Positions 1 through 10,139 of a DNA stretch of 39,493 nt are shown here, in pieces; position 1 is the first letter of the stretch; every line of letters starts with the position of its first letter. The stretch is taken from NCBI GenBank assembly GCA_965373045.1, contig CBDVEQ010000001.1, positions 1 through 39,493 of the forward strand, given 5' to 3'. The notes under the pieces were generated by a model. The model was not told the DNA's origin. It did no database searches and was given only the letters and a program-made list of their open reading frames with translations. The position numbers and the translations under genes are program-made. This DNA comes from an uncultured bacterium. Its GTDB lineage: Bacteria; Acidobacteriota; Aminicenantia; Aminicenantales; Aminicenantaceae.

Positions 1-490
1 TTTTATTACATTGCTCTGCAAGCTCGCCGACCAGATCACGTTTGCAGGGAGAATTAACGGACGTGTAGTCAGATACTTTTGATTCGAATAAACAAAAGCT
101 GTCGTGATGCCTGGAGGTTATATTCACATATTTCATTCCGGCTCCAAGGGCCATATCGGTTATAAAATCCGCGTTAAAATTCTTTGCGGTGAAGTCATCC
201 TTTAATTTAACATATTCTTTTAGTGGAATATTTTCCCGGTATTGCACCCATTCGCCCCTGCCTAAAATACTCGATATACCATAATGCATAAACAAACCGA
301 AGATGGAATCCTTGAACCATCGGAGTGCGGACGCGTGTGGGTTGTCCCTGTAAAGTGAAGCGTATTCTTTTAAATACGAAGGCGCCGGTAGTGATGGAGA
401 ACAGGATAAAGATGGCAACCCTGTTAGAGAAATGCCCGCAGTTCCGGCTGCGAGTGTTTTTATGAAATCTCTTCTTTTTAATTGTGTCAT
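1..490 (-). CDS. alpha-L-fucosidase, GH29 family (N-terminal 163 codons; the 3' part lies beyond the left window edge)
   Basis: This ORF is not in the supplied track because it is open at the window edge. Hand translation of the minus strand from the ATG at 490-488 gives MTQLKRRDFIKTLAAGTAGISL..., a twin-arginine-type leader. It continues with FGLFMHYGISS..GEW, GMKYVNITSRHHDSFCLFES and RDLVGELAEQC, which match conserved N-terminal blocks of GH29 fucosidases as I remember them. The frame stays open to position 2. A GAGGA sequence lies about 10 nt upstream of the ATG. Confidence 0.75.
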   Translation of the reverse strand, partial: MTQLKRRDFIKTLAAGTAGISLTGLPSLSCSPSLPAPSYLKEYASLYRDNPHASALRWFKDSIFGLFMHYGISSILGRGEWVQYRENIPLKEYVKLKDDFTAKNFNADFITDMALGAGMKYVNITSRHHDSFCLFESKVSDYTSVNSPCKRDLVGELAEQCNK

Positions 491-516
491 TGTTTTGTTT
501 CCTCTCAATGCTGAAT

Positions 517-1839
517 CTACTTCATTTTATCCAGTACTAATTGTAACCGGTTTTTAATATCTGTCATTTCGCTCGATAATTTTTCCCCGGGAATTGGATT
601 TTGTTCCAACGGATCTTTCTTTAAATCATAGAACCCGCCTTTGTCATATAATTTCCAACGTTTGGTTTGTGCATATCTTTTTTTCGGACGTTTTCCCCAT
701 TTGGGATCATAATAACAGAATATCCATTCACGGGATTTTCCAGGTTCACCTTTTATTTGCGGTAAAAAGCTTTGGCCATCCTTATGGGGTATGTTGTAGT
801 ATATTTGACCGGCAGCTTCCAATAATGTGGGTAAAAAGTCGGTAAAATCTATTAAATCCTCGCATGTTGATTTTGCACTTTTATGCTTCTTCCAACTTGT
901 TATCATAGGAACATGAGTTCCTGCTGTAGTAGTTTTTCCTTTATCTCCTTGTATTGTGGATTCCCCTATTTGGGTAGTAATACTTGGATTTGTTCCATTA
1001 TCACCGATAAATATAATCAGTGTATCTTCACGAAGATTGGTTTGTTCAAGTTTATCTATAATCCGTCCGACAATTATATCTGTGTACTCCACCATATCTT
1101 TAAAGAAAACCAGGTTGTTTTTATATTTTTCTTCTTCACTATAAGTGGAATCTGGTGTTGGAACAAATGGATTATGAGTAAGAATCATTGGATAATAGAT
1201 AAGGAATGGTTCAGTTTTGTAGCGATCAATGTAATCTAATATAAAATCGCATACTATATCCGGGCCATATTCATTTTCTTCATATTGGTGATAATTCCCG
1301 TTAATGTTTAATAGGGGTTTCCAATATCTTGATCCAAATTTATCCAGTTGCCAAAGGCAATGTTCATCAAACCCGTTTTGTTTAGGATAGGTTCCAATGC
1401 CTTTATAACCGCTTCCTTTATAATGACCAACCAATTGCCACTTACCTGCAACACACGTTTTATATCCTTCTTTTTTTAATAAATGTGCGAAAGTGATTTG
1501 CCCCTTCTGCATCGTTCCAAATTCAGTATAATTTCTAAAATTGTATAAGCCGCTCATCAGTTGAACTCGTGAAGGAGTGCAAAGCGGGGTAGAGTAGCAG
1601 TTAGTGAAGCGAACACCATGGTCTGCCAATTTATCGAGATTTGGTGTTTGGTATGAAGTGCTGCCGTTACAGCTAAGGCATTCATACCCTAAATCATCTG
1701 CCATAATCAAAATAATATTCGGCTTTTTCCCGGATTTCTTTTTAGAAAAATTCAGAATAGGAAAAAAAATAGCTGACGCGCCTAAGCCGATCTTTTTCAA
1801 AAATTCTCTTCGCGGAAAAAATGATTTCTTTTTATCCAT
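517..1839 (-). CDS. Cys-type sulfatase (S1 / alkaline-phosphatase superfamily) with Tat-type leader
   Basis: 440-aa ORF with leader PRREFLKKIGLGASA. It has the metal-site start IMADDLGY, the formylglycine motif C-T-P-S-R (PLCTPSRVQLMSG), and GDNG and later sulfatase blocks. The stop lies 26 nt upstream of the fucosidase ATG on the same strand. Confidence 0.9.
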   Translation of the reverse strand: MDKKKSFFPRREFLKKIGLGASAIFFPILNFSKKKSGKKPNIILIMADDLGYECLSCNGSTSYQTPNLDKLADHGVRFTNCYSTPLCTPSRVQLMSGLYNFRNYTEFGTMQKGQITFAHLLKKEGYKTCVAGKWQLVGHYKGSGYKGIGTYPKQNGFDEHCLWQLDKFGSRYWKPLLNINGNYHQYEENEYGPDIVCDFILDYIDRYKTEPFLIYYPMILTHNPFVPTPDSTYSEEEKYKNNLVFFKDMVEYTDIIVGRIIDKLEQTNLREDTLIIFIGDNGTNPSITTQIGESTIQGDKGKTTTAGTHVPMITSWKKHKSAKSTCEDLIDFTDFLPTLLEAAGQIYYNIPHKDGQSFLPQIKGEPGKSREWIFCYYDPKWGKRPKKRYAQTKRWKLYDKGGFYDLKKDPLEQNPIPGEKLSSEMTDIKNRLQLVLDKMK

Positions 1840-1879
1840 TTTAATAACTCTTTAACATTGACTTATTCGAAAAATCGGC

Positions 1880-3844
1880 CTACTCAATGATTATTTCATC
1901 CACAAACAGCCAGGCTTTGCCGCCGTTACCAGGATGCCATTCCGGGCAAATTCCGACATTTACAGCCTTAATACGGACATACTGAACTGATTGCGCCGGC
2001 ATTTCTGCAACATAATCTTTTATCTCTGCTTTTGGCTGGATTTCAACCAATTCTTCAAAGCGCCTAACTTGTTTAAAATTAGTCCCATCAACAGAAACAG
2101 AAATTTCCAATTTTTTTGGCAGAAAAATCCAGGATGATTGACAACTTAGAAAACTGCTCGTAATCTTTTTTACTTGCATTGGTTCACCAAGATCGATCAG
2201 AGCTTCCAGATCAACTTTTTCAAAACCTTGCCATTGTCCGTCCAAATGATCGATAGTGCCGCGATTACCGTTAATTAAAGCGCCTTTACTGCCACCAGTG
2301 TAGTTTGGACTGTACGAATTCCTTAAAGCAATTTTTTTACCGACGGCCAGATGGTTTATTTTTTTCCTTTCCAAACTGCCTACCCGACCTGGCTCCCGTG
2401 TACCTTTTCCCACTGTATTAGTGAGTCTGTCTCCCAATTCTAGTCTGGCGCTCTTTGCCAGCGTTTCCAGTTGTTGCACAATATCAGGGTGAGAATTAAT
2501 TACATTTTGTGTTTCGCTAATGTCTTTTTCCAAATCATACAATTCCAGTCCAACGTCCAGAAATGCAGTAGGGCCAGGTAAACCATCCATGCCCGGTTCA
2601 ACGCCCACGTATGTTCGAGATCGATGGGGGAAATAGAGTTTCCAGCTGTCCTGCCGAACAGCCCGTAATTCTCCGCCGTAATAATAAAAATAGTGATCGC
2701 GTGGATTGGCTTCAGGTTCAGATTTTATCAGCGGTAAAATATTAATTCCATCAATTGATTTTTCCGGTAATGCAGCGCCGGTAATTGCGGTCAGGGTTGG
2801 TAATATATCAATGGATGCGGCAATATTGTTACATTCTGAACCGGCAGTAATTTGTCCCGGCCACCGCATGATACACGGAACACGGGCCCCGCCTTCCCAC
2901 ATGGTTCCTTTACCTTCACGCAGCGGCAAAGCAGAACCGGCATGATTTCCAAAGTTCAGCCACGGACCGTTATCACTGGCGAAAATTACCAGCGTGTTGT
3001 CGTCCAATTCATTCTGTTTTAATGCTTTTAAAATTTCGCCTACCGACCAGTCAATTTCCATGATCACATCGCCGTACAATCCCTGTTCACTTTTTCCTTT
3101 AAATTTGTCGGAAACACCCAGCGGTACATGGGGCATGGAATGGGGGACATAGAGAAAAAATGGTCGATTTTTATTTTTCTCAATAAACTGGACCGCCCGT
3201 TCGGTATATCGCGTCGTCAAGGTTCCCTGATCATCAATTGTACTAATCTGATCGACTTTTTCCTCACCATCAATCAGCGGTAATGGCGGGTAAAGACTTT
3301 TCCTTCCGGATGACATCGGCACTCCGTCATATCCGATAGGCCACATGTCGTTGGAATATGGCAAGCCTAAATATTCATCGAATCCTTGTTGTTTGGGCAA
3401 AAACTCTTTGTGATGACCCAAATGCCATTTGCCAAAAATCCCGGTTGTGTATCCCCGGCCTTTCAAAACATCAGCAATGGTCTCCTCTTCGGGATTGAGC
3501 CCGTGATTCGACCACGCACTAAGAGCGCCCTGGATACTGACCCTTTCGGAATAACAGCCGGTTAACAAAGATGCCCTGGATGCACTGCAAACCGCCTGGG
3601 AAACATAAAAGCTGGTAAACCGCATTCCCTCAGCAGCCATTTGGTCCAGATTCGGTGTTTTAAATCCTTTTGCGCCATAGCAACCGACATCCGCATAACC
3701 CTGATCATCGGTAAAAATGATAACAATATTGGATTGACGTTTTCTGGAAATTTGACAATTGACAAGACTCAAACTACTGGACAACGCAACTGCGGATGCC
3801 CCGATCCCCATAGATTTTAAAAATTCACGACGTGTTGATTTCAT
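1880..3844 (-). CDS. Cys-type sulfatase with C-terminal F5/8 type C (discoidin)-like domain
   Basis: 654-aa ORF with leader TRREFLKSMGIGASA. It has FTDDQGYADVGCYG, the FGly motif C-S-A-S-R (AVCSASRASLLTG), GKWHLG and SDNGP. The last ~150 aa (GQWQGFEKVDLEALIDLG ... VRIKAVNVG ... WLFVDEIIIE) resemble a discoidin-type carbohydrate-binding module. Confidence 0.88.
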   Translation of the reverse strand: MKSTRREFLKSMGIGASAVALSSSLSLVNCQISRKRQSNIVIIFTDDQGYADVGCYGAKGFKTPNLDQMAAEGMRFTSFYVSQAVCSASRASLLTGCYSERVSIQGALSAWSNHGLNPEEETIADVLKGRGYTTGIFGKWHLGHHKEFLPKQQGFDEYLGLPYSNDMWPIGYDGVPMSSGRKSLYPPLPLIDGEEKVDQISTIDDQGTLTTRYTERAVQFIEKNKNRPFFLYVPHSMPHVPLGVSDKFKGKSEQGLYGDVIMEIDWSVGEILKALKQNELDDNTLVIFASDNGPWLNFGNHAGSALPLREGKGTMWEGGARVPCIMRWPGQITAGSECNNIAASIDILPTLTAITGAALPEKSIDGINILPLIKSEPEANPRDHYFYYYGGELRAVRQDSWKLYFPHRSRTYVGVEPGMDGLPGPTAFLDVGLELYDLEKDISETQNVINSHPDIVQQLETLAKSARLELGDRLTNTVGKGTREPGRVGSLERKKINHLAVGKKIALRNSYSPNYTGGSKGALINGNRGTIDHLDGQWQGFEKVDLEALIDLGEPMQVKKITSSFLSCQSSWIFLPKKLEISVSVDGTNFKQVRRFEELVEIQPKAEIKDYVAEMPAQSVQYVRIKAVNVGICPEWHPGNGGKAWLFVDEIIIE

Positions 3845-4093
3845 ACTGATTTAATCCTTTCTCTTAAATAACAATTTTAATACATCTCCTAATCCATACT
3901 CAATTTTTATTGTTCATTTTGTACGGCCAAGTGCTCACAGAGAGTGGTTTAGCGCTGCTGACAGGCAGGCCAGGGTCAGCGTCTTTCCGGAGGGCGAGGA
4001 ATTTCTCGTAATGCTCTATGGCTTTGGCTGGGGAAGGGCTGGAGATATATTCTCATGGAATAGCCAGGGCAACTGAGAAAATTATTGATGTCA

Positions 4094-6334
4094 TTACTTT
4101 TGCAAGACAAGAAGCCCTCTATACTTTTCAGCCTCATCTTTTTTACTCCAAGTTTCATATAGTTCGATAATAAGGCGGACTGTTTGCTGTGTTCGCTCGT
4201 TTTGCTTACCCAGACTATTCTGCAAAATTGGGAGAGCTTTGAGGAGTTGCTCTTCCGCCTTATCAAAGCGGTTAAGATTTATCAGGCACTCCCCATACCT
4301 GGTTCGAAGTTTGGCCACATCTTGATTCTTATCACCAAGACCCTCAAGACCAATCGATAGCGCCTCGATGAAAATCGGTTCTGCTGCCTTATAATTGCCC
4401 TTCTTATTGAGCAACTCACCCAGATTGCTTAAGCCTATGGATAACCACGGATGTTGTTTCTTCCTGAGGATAGCAACAGCCTCCCGAAGTAGCGGCTCGC
4501 TGGACTCATAATCCCCTTTATCTCTAAGAATATTTCCAAGATTGTTGAGGTCAATGGCCACATACAGATGTTCTTTCCCCCAAAGTTTCCGGTCGATTTC
4601 CAAGATCTTGCAGAAAAGCGGCTCTGCGGCAGCAAAATCGCCTTTGTCCTGGAGAAGTATGGCAAGATTACTCAAGATAGCCATTACATCCTCGTTTTCA
4701 TCTCCTCTATGTTGTTTGCGTTTTATTGCGAGGGCTTTTCGGTAAAGTGATTCTGCTTCTTTATAATCACCCCGTTCATGTCTTAAGACACTAAGGCTGG
4801 TTAGCGGTTCTGCTAAAATTGGGTGATCAGAGCCATGGAGGTCTTGCCACATTTTCAACGACGATCTTAGTAACCTTTCGGCTTCTTCATAATGGCCAAG
4901 TCTTAAATAAGTAACCCCAATAGTGTGGTTCAATTCTGCTTCTACTTCTGGTTGTTCAGCGAAGTCTTCTTGGATTTTTCCAGTAGCTGTCTTCAGCGCC
5001 TCTAAGACTGTTATATCGCGGCTGCTTCCTTCTATTGGATTTGCCGAACCTAAGGTCTCCTGTAAGAACTCATTAATTGTTTTCGCTTTGGCTGCCTCAT
5101 CTTTTGCCACCTGTTCCGCTTTTCTCGCTCGAATCAGCCCAATGGTGGTTCCCGTAATACCAATGAGCACCGCTATAATCACAAGGGCTGCAGCTATGAC
5201 TCCCATCTTGTGCCTCATTATGTACTTTCTTAAGCGGTATATGGTGCTTGGTGGACTAGCCAATATTGGCTCATATTTCAAATGTCTTTCTATATCAGTT
5301 GCTAATTCGGATGCTGAAGCATATCGTTGTGTCCTGTCTTTTGCCATCGCCTTCAATGTGATCCAGTCCAGATCGCCTTTAAGCTGCCTTTGTAGTGTGT
5401 TCGAATCTGTTTTCCTGTTCTCTGCAATTGATGTCTGGGTATCGTCTAGTCTGTTGAAACGCGTGCTGGCTTTCGGCGGATCTGTCTCGCGGATAAACCT
5501 TTGGATCTCACCGAATCCAGCTTCCCGGAGACTTTTCGGGTCAAAAGGCAAGACGCCTACCAGGAGTTCATAAAGCATGACTCCCAGGGAATAAATGTCA
5601 GTACGCGTATCAACGTCCAGTCCAGACATCTCTGCCTGCTCGGGACTCATGTATTCCGGTGTGCCAATGAGCTGTCCTTGCTCTGTAAAGAGCGTTCGTT
5701 GGGTTAGACGATGGTCTGTTGCTTTGGCGATGCCAAAGTCTATTATCTTAGGGACGGGGGTTCCATCCTGAACTGTCACTAATACATTAGAAGGTTTCAG
5801 GTCACGGTGAATCAATCCCTTCTGGTGGGCATACTGCACTGCTTGGCATAACTGTATGAATAGTTTCAGACGCTCACGTGTGGGAAGCTTCTGTTTATCG
5901 CAATACTCGGTGATGGGCAACCCACGGATAAGCTCCATCACAAAATACAGCCGTCCTGTCTCGGTAGCTCCTCCATCGTAGACCTTGGCGATATTAGGGT
6001 GGTCCATTAATGCAAGGGCCTGTCGCTCTGCCTCGAAGCGGGCCACTACCTGCTTTGTGTCCATCCCTAGCTTAATGATCTTGAGGGCAACCCGCCTTTG
6101 AACCGGCTCAGTCTGTTCAGCCACGAACACAGTCCCCATACCGCCTTCACCCAGATTTTTAAGGAGCTTGTATTTTCCAGCTATAGTCACTCCTATGGTT
6201 AAATCTTTTATAGGTGTCTCAAGAGTCTTTGTAGGAGAAACGGGGATTTCTTCTGATGGAGGAAGCGGAGTTCCGCACTCTTTACAGAATTTGGAGTCGT
6301 CAGGATTGTCGAAGCTACATTTAGGACATTTCAT
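4094..6334 (-). CDS. membrane-anchored Ser/Thr protein kinase with N-terminal zinc ribbon and C-terminal TPR array
   Basis: Zinc ribbon CPKCSFDNPDDSKFCKECG. Hanks kinase motifs GEGGMGTVF, VALKIIK, HRDLKPSNVL, DFGIAK and TPEYMSPEQ are present. There is one TM helix (GVIAAALVIIAVLIGITGTTIGLI). About 330 aa of TPR-like repeats follow (GHYEEAERLL, GDYKEAESLY, GDFAAAEPLF, GDYESSEPLL, GNYKAAEPIF). I start the gene at the ATG at 6334 (MKCPKC...) rather than the TTG at 6373 used in the ORF track. Confidence 0.9.
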   Translation of the reverse strand: MKCPKCSFDNPDDSKFCKECGTPLPPSEEIPVSPTKTLETPIKDLTIGVTIAGKYKLLKNLGEGGMGTVFVAEQTEPVQRRVALKIIKLGMDTKQVVARFEAERQALALMDHPNIAKVYDGGATETGRLYFVMELIRGLPITEYCDKQKLPTRERLKLFIQLCQAVQYAHQKGLIHRDLKPSNVLVTVQDGTPVPKIIDFGIAKATDHRLTQRTLFTEQGQLIGTPEYMSPEQAEMSGLDVDTRTDIYSLGVMLYELLVGVLPFDPKSLREAGFGEIQRFIRETDPPKASTRFNRLDDTQTSIAENRKTDSNTLQRQLKGDLDWITLKAMAKDRTQRYASASELATDIERHLKYEPILASPPSTIYRLRKYIMRHKMGVIAAALVIIAVLIGITGTTIGLIRARKAEQVAKDEAAKAKTINEFLQETLGSANPIEGSSRDITVLEALKTATGKIQEDFAEQPEVEAELNHTIGVTYLRLGHYEEAERLLRSSLKMWQDLHGSDHPILAEPLTSLSVLRHERGDYKEAESLYRKALAIKRKQHRGDENEDVMAILSNLAILLQDKGDFAAAEPLFCKILEIDRKLWGKEHLYVAIDLNNLGNILRDKGDYESSEPLLREAVAILRKKQHPWLSIGLSNLGELLNKKGNYKAAEPIFIEALSIGLEGLGDKNQDVAKLRTRYGECLINLNRFDKAEEQLLKALPILQNSLGKQNERTQQTVRLIIELYETWSKKDEAEKYRGLLVLQK

Positions 6335-6596
6335 ATCCTTTTTTCTCTGGCTAAGATGGCAAAAGAATATCAATTACCTAAAAAATAGTCAATGCTTCGA
6401 TCAAATTCGTTATCATCGTTCGAGGGCGAGAACCGCATCATGAAGAAATAGTGAGAAAAGAGTCTATCTTATAGCTGACTTTATTGCTTTCTTTGTCGTT
6501 TTACTTCTTTTTCTAGTTCTTGATATCACCTTTTTTCATGTGATATGTTCATTCCAGGACATCAGTGGAAGGAAATTCTTATAATGCAATTTCAGG

Positions 6597-7598
6597 TTAG
6601 CCCGTTAGGGTGGCGACCATTACTGCCTTGATAGTATGAATCCTATTCTCGGATTCGTCAAAGACTATGGATGCCTCGGACTCGAAAACCTCTTCTGTTA
6701 CTTCGATGCCGTCAAGTCCGAACTTCTGAAACATCTCCTCTCCGACTTTAGTTTCCCTGTTGTGAAAAGCGGGAAGGCAGTGCATAAATTTGGTTTCTGG
6801 ATTGCCCGTGGATTCCATTACAGCCCTGTTTATCTGATAGGGCTTTAAAAGCTTGATGCGTTCCTCCCAGACCGAAGCCTCCTCCCCCATGGATACCCAG
6901 ACATCGGTGTAAAGAAAATCGCAGTCCTTAACTCCTTCCTTCACATCATCCGTGATCCGGAGGGTTGCTCCTGTCTGCCGGGCGATCTCTTTTGCCTGCG
7001 TTACAAGACGACTGTTAGGTTGATAGGAAGTTGGGGCTACAAGGCGAACATCCATACCCATCTTGGCAGCGCCCAAAAGAAGAGAATTTCCCATATTGAA
7101 TCTGGCATCCCCCAGATAAGCGAATTTTATTTCGTGAAGAGATTTGCCAGAGTGTTCCATCATGGTCAGGAAATCCGCCAGGACCTGGGTGGGGTGGAAT
7201 TCATTGGTCAGCCCGTTCCACACAGGAACACCGGCGTATTTGGCAAGTTCTTCCACTATGTCCTGACCGAAGCCGCGGTACTCAATTCCGTCATACATCC
7301 GGCCCAGGACACGGGCGGTGTCCTTCATGGATTCCTTGTGTCCGATCTGCGTGCCGGAGGGACCGAGATAGGTCACTCTGGCACCCTGGTCAAAAGCTGC
7401 AACTTCGAAAGCACAGCGGGTCCGTGTGGACGTTTTTTCAAAAATGAGGGCGATATTTTTACCGGTCAGATGCGGTTGTTCGGTTCCGGTATATTTGGCT
7501 TTTTTAAGGTTTTTGGACAGTTCCAGCAAATAGCCGATCTCGCCGGGTGAGAAGTCCAGGAGTTTCAGGAAATGTTTGTTTTTTAGATTGTATGTCAT
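6597..7598 (-). CDS. argF: ornithine carbamoyltransferase
   Basis: 333-aa ORF that is collinear with enterobacterial ArgI/ArgF as I remember them. Shared blocks are [66 protein letters not shown] and [11 protein letters not shown]. No other arg or arc genes are in the window, so an anabolic versus catabolic role is undecided. Confidence 0.95.
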   Translation of the reverse strand: MTYNLKNKHFLKLLDFSPGEIGYLLELSKNLKKAKYTGTEQPHLTGKNIALIFEKTSTRTRCAFEVAAFDQGARVTYLGPSGTQIGHKESMKDTARVLGRMYDGIEYRGFGQDIVEELAKYAGVPVWNGLTNEFHPTQVLADFLTMMEHSGKSLHEIKFAYLGDARFNMGNSLLLGAAKMGMDVRLVAPTSYQPNSRLVTQAKEIARQTGATLRITDDVKEGVKDCDFLYTDVWVSMGEEASVWEERIKLLKPYQINRAVMESTGNPETKFMHCLPAFHNRETKVGEEMFQKFGLDGIEVTEEVFESEASIVFDESENRIHTIKAVMVATLTG

Positions 7599-7618
7599 CT
7601 TAACACCTTTCTTGTGAA

Positions 7619-10015
7619 TTAATGAGAGGGTATGACCTGGAAGAAAAAAGGATTGCGGACCATAAACTCGGATGAGAGGTGTTTCAGGTTCAGATCGATC
7701 TTATACAGGTGAAGCCACTTATAATGGAACGAATTGGGAAGATACAGATTCAATTCCTTTTTTTCGTAGGATATTTTTCCCTCAAATTGCGGCAGGTCAA
7801 AAATGGAGAACTTCACTCGATATTCCCCTTTTTCTGATCCGAATATTACCTTTATATGCGTCAGCTTTTTTCGGGAGCTGAAGAGAATCTTGTAATCTCC
7901 TTCCCTGTGAAGGAAAAGTTCTGCTGCCCTGTGGGCGATAACTCCTTTCCCCATGGGGGCCATATAATATCCAAGGGATGTCTGGTCGGAGTACTTGAAT
8001 ACGCGGGTTGGGTAAAGAGCGGTTCTGGGAAAAACGACCCACAGAAAGATAAACAGAAAAAGAAAACCATAGGACACCAGCATCCGGGAGACGGGTTTGG
8101 AAGAAGACTCTTTTTTCCGAAACGCATAGATGGATACAAAAAAAATGATTGCCAGGATCCATGCATAATTGGGCAAGTAATGGAGATTGTTGATCTTAAT
8201 GAAAGAAGGCAGAAAGTCGGGCAGAAATACAAACATGTTGCTGAGGGATACGAACATGTCGCCCGGCCGGGATGTGAATTCATGTGTGGTCGGCTGGTAG
8301 AGAAAGGAAGGGTGGAGCAGGAGCAGGAAGGCTAAGATCAGAGAGGCAGCGCCCAGTATCCAGAAAATTTTGGTGAATATTCTTTTTTTGTTGTAAACGA
8401 GAAAATAGCCCACAAAAAGAATAGCTACCCAGGAGATGGGAGTCAAGATTCTGGCCTGTGGGCAGTGGCCCTGTCGGTGTGTGAAAAAGGCATAATTAAA
8501 AATAAAAGGAGCAGCAATAAAGAGAAGGATCAGGAGATCCCTTTTTGACCTCCGGAAAACCTCGATCATGCCAAGGAATCCAAACAGATATAGGGGGGAA
8601 TAAAGAAGAAGTCCATCCCGCTGATCAAGGAAATAATCGAATAAAGTGTCGATGCGGAGCATAATAGGGATCTTAACTATCATCTCTTTGAAAGCCTGCA
8701 CTTTCTCAGGGGTCATGACCCCTTCATAGATTGAGAATGGGGAGAAAGTTCCATACAGTTCGTAGAGATAAAGATAAAACAGTCCCAGAGAAAGAAGCGG
8801 GGGAGCAAGGAAGCAGAGTATCTTCCAGCGGGCTCTGTGGTCCTTCAGGAGGAAGTAGAGGGAAACCAGAAGCAGATTGAAAAAGATCATGTTGTACTTC
8901 AGACCGAACCACAGAAAAAGAGAAAGCACAAAACCCAGGAAAACCAGGTTCAGGCTGGATAAAGGCTTTTTTGACCGGACCTTCCGAAAAACATAGATGG
9001 AGAACAGGGCGATGGGGATCTCGGGATAGAGATGCGTTGCATAAAAAAGAACGGGAACGGAAAAGGAATACAGGAACCAGATGGCAAGAGAAAGATTTTC
9101 TTTTCTCCAGTGTTCGAGGGCAAAAAGATAGATCTGGAGGCCGAGCAGCACGGCCCATATGGCAAGACTTCCTTTTAGTATGAATGTTCGTGTTTTCCCT
9201 GAAAAATGCTGGCTGAGCCAGTAATGAGGAAGCATGAGAAAAGAAACCCCGGAAAGATTTATGGGGTAAAGATGTTTATTCCCTTTCCGGCCGTCCCGCG
9301 CATAGATACCAAGCTCTAGATTCGGATTTTTGTCTTTTTCGTAAAAATGAAAATAGTCTTTCTGTGCGTAATTATTCCAGACATTGATATCCTGATCCTG
9401 ATGGAGGCTGTGAGCGGTCAGAAGATAGTATGGTTCATCTCCGGAGAATGTGACTCCTTTGGAAATGAGGACAAATGTGCAGAGATTGTAAACAGCAAAT
9501 GCGAAAACAAACAGAAATACAAGTTTTTTTTTCAATGGCAGTACGGAAAATCGTTTCAGCTTTTTTTCAGCAAATTGCCGGATCTGGATACGGACGGTAC
9601 ATTGTTGATAGACTTGAAAAAGAACGAAAAGATTGACAAGAAGAAACAGAACATCCAACCGCTGCCTTAGATCCCCCCGGTCGATGTAAAAAGTTAAAAG
9701 AAGAGGAGAGAAAAGAAGGAGCAGGTATGGAACGTAAGGAAGAAAGTGATTAGGGACACGTGCCGAATTTTCTGAAATTCGGAACGTGCCCCCACGTTTT
9801 TTCCATAGGAAAAATAGGAGGATAAATGCCGGAAAAACAAAGGCGGCCAGAAGAAGGGGTTGGAGTCTGTAATTATGCGCAGTGATCGTAAAGGAAGATA
9901 ACTGGATCCGAAGGTCAAAAAAAATGAACAGTCCGACAGGCAGAAGCAGGAAAAATACAACGGGAATAATTTTTTTCACTGTTTGAGGAATATTAAATTT
10001 GTGCCTGCTTGTCAA
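7619..10015 (-). CDS. large polytopic membrane protein, paralogue 1 (putative GT-C-type glycosyltransferase; family not recognised)
   Basis: 798-aa ORF with many hydrophobic helices. It is collinear with 13544-15910 through shared blocks FSGDEP(Y/H)YL, LYPE, YFLDQ(R/K)DG(L/F)LLYSP(L/I)Y, PQAR and LP(D/K)FLPSF(I/V)KI. The C-terminal ~130 aa are non-hydrophobic. The start is uncertain: either TTG at 10015 or GTG at 9979 ([10 protein letters not shown]...). The functional call is inference from the acidic loop motif only. Confidence 0.8.
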   Translation of the reverse strand: MTSRHKFNIPQTVKKIIPVVFFLLLPVGLFIFFDLRIQLSSFTITAHNYRLQPLLLAAFVFPAFILLFFLWKKRGGTFRISENSARVPNHFLPYVPYLLLLFSPLLLTFYIDRGDLRQRLDVLFLLVNLFVLFQVYQQCTVRIQIRQFAEKKLKRFSVLPLKKKLVFLFVFAFAVYNLCTFVLISKGVTFSGDEPYYLLTAHSLHQDQDINVWNNYAQKDYFHFYEKDKNPNLELGIYARDGRKGNKHLYPINLSGVSFLMLPHYWLSQHFSGKTRTFILKGSLAIWAVLLGLQIYLFALEHWRKENLSLAIWFLYSFSVPVLFYATHLYPEIPIALFSIYVFRKVRSKKPLSSLNLVFLGFVLSLFLWFGLKYNMIFFNLLLVSLYFLLKDHRARWKILCFLAPPLLSLGLFYLYLYELYGTFSPFSIYEGVMTPEKVQAFKEMIVKIPIMLRIDTLFDYFLDQRDGLLLYSPLYLFGFLGMIEVFRRSKRDLLILLFIAAPFIFNYAFFTHRQGHCPQARILTPISWVAILFVGYFLVYNKKRIFTKIFWILGAASLILAFLLLLHPSFLYQPTTHEFTSRPGDMFVSLSNMFVFLPDFLPSFIKINNLHYLPNYAWILAIIFFVSIYAFRKKESSSKPVSRMLVSYGFLFLFIFLWVVFPRTALYPTRVFKYSDQTSLGYYMAPMGKGVIAHRAAELFLHREGDYKILFSSRKKLTHIKVIFGSEKGEYRVKFSIFDLPQFEGKISYEKKELNLYLPNSFHYKWLHLYKIDLNLKHLSSEFMVRNPFFFQVIPSH

Positions 10016-10139
10016 GGGATCATTCTTGTCTCTTCTATGTTATATTGTTAACGTAGCAGCTATCGTGTAAGTAATATACGAAATTCCGTAATTACGCAGG
10101 GAAACATTTTACAACTAGGCATAAATATGGAGGATTAGC

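Noticed and set aside
3976-4266. A 96-aa ORF overlapping the 3' end of the kinase gene and the intergenic region.
   Set aside because: It overlaps the kinase TPR region in another frame, and has no RBS and no motif.
4923-5573. A 216-aa ORF antisense to the kinase. Similar shadows lie at 7020-7550 (antisense to argF), 29557-30186 (antisense to the Na/Pi gene) and 32287-33048 (antisense to a sulfatase).
   Set aside because: Each lies wholly inside a confidently identified gene on the other strand and encodes low-complexity sequence.
6335-6373. The TTG-initiated 13-codon N-terminal extension of the kinase used in the ORF track (MIFFCHLSQRKKD).
   Set aside because: An ATG at 6334 starts directly at the zinc-ribbon motif (MKCPKC). 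The extension adds no recognisable feature. Neither start has a clear RBS, so this choice remains uncertain.
6523-6546. A hairpin, atatcac-N10-gtgatat, between argF and the kinase gene.
   Set aside because: On the minus (transcribed) strand it is not followed by a T-tract, and the stem is short and AT-rich. This is not enough to call a terminator.
7797-9158. Several same-strand alternative-frame ORFs (121, 140, 144 and 71 aa) within membrane-protein paralogue 1.
   Set aside because: They are off-frame readings of a Phe/Leu-rich membrane gene, with Pro/Ser/Cys-rich products. The main frame is supported by full-length paralogy with 13544-15910.
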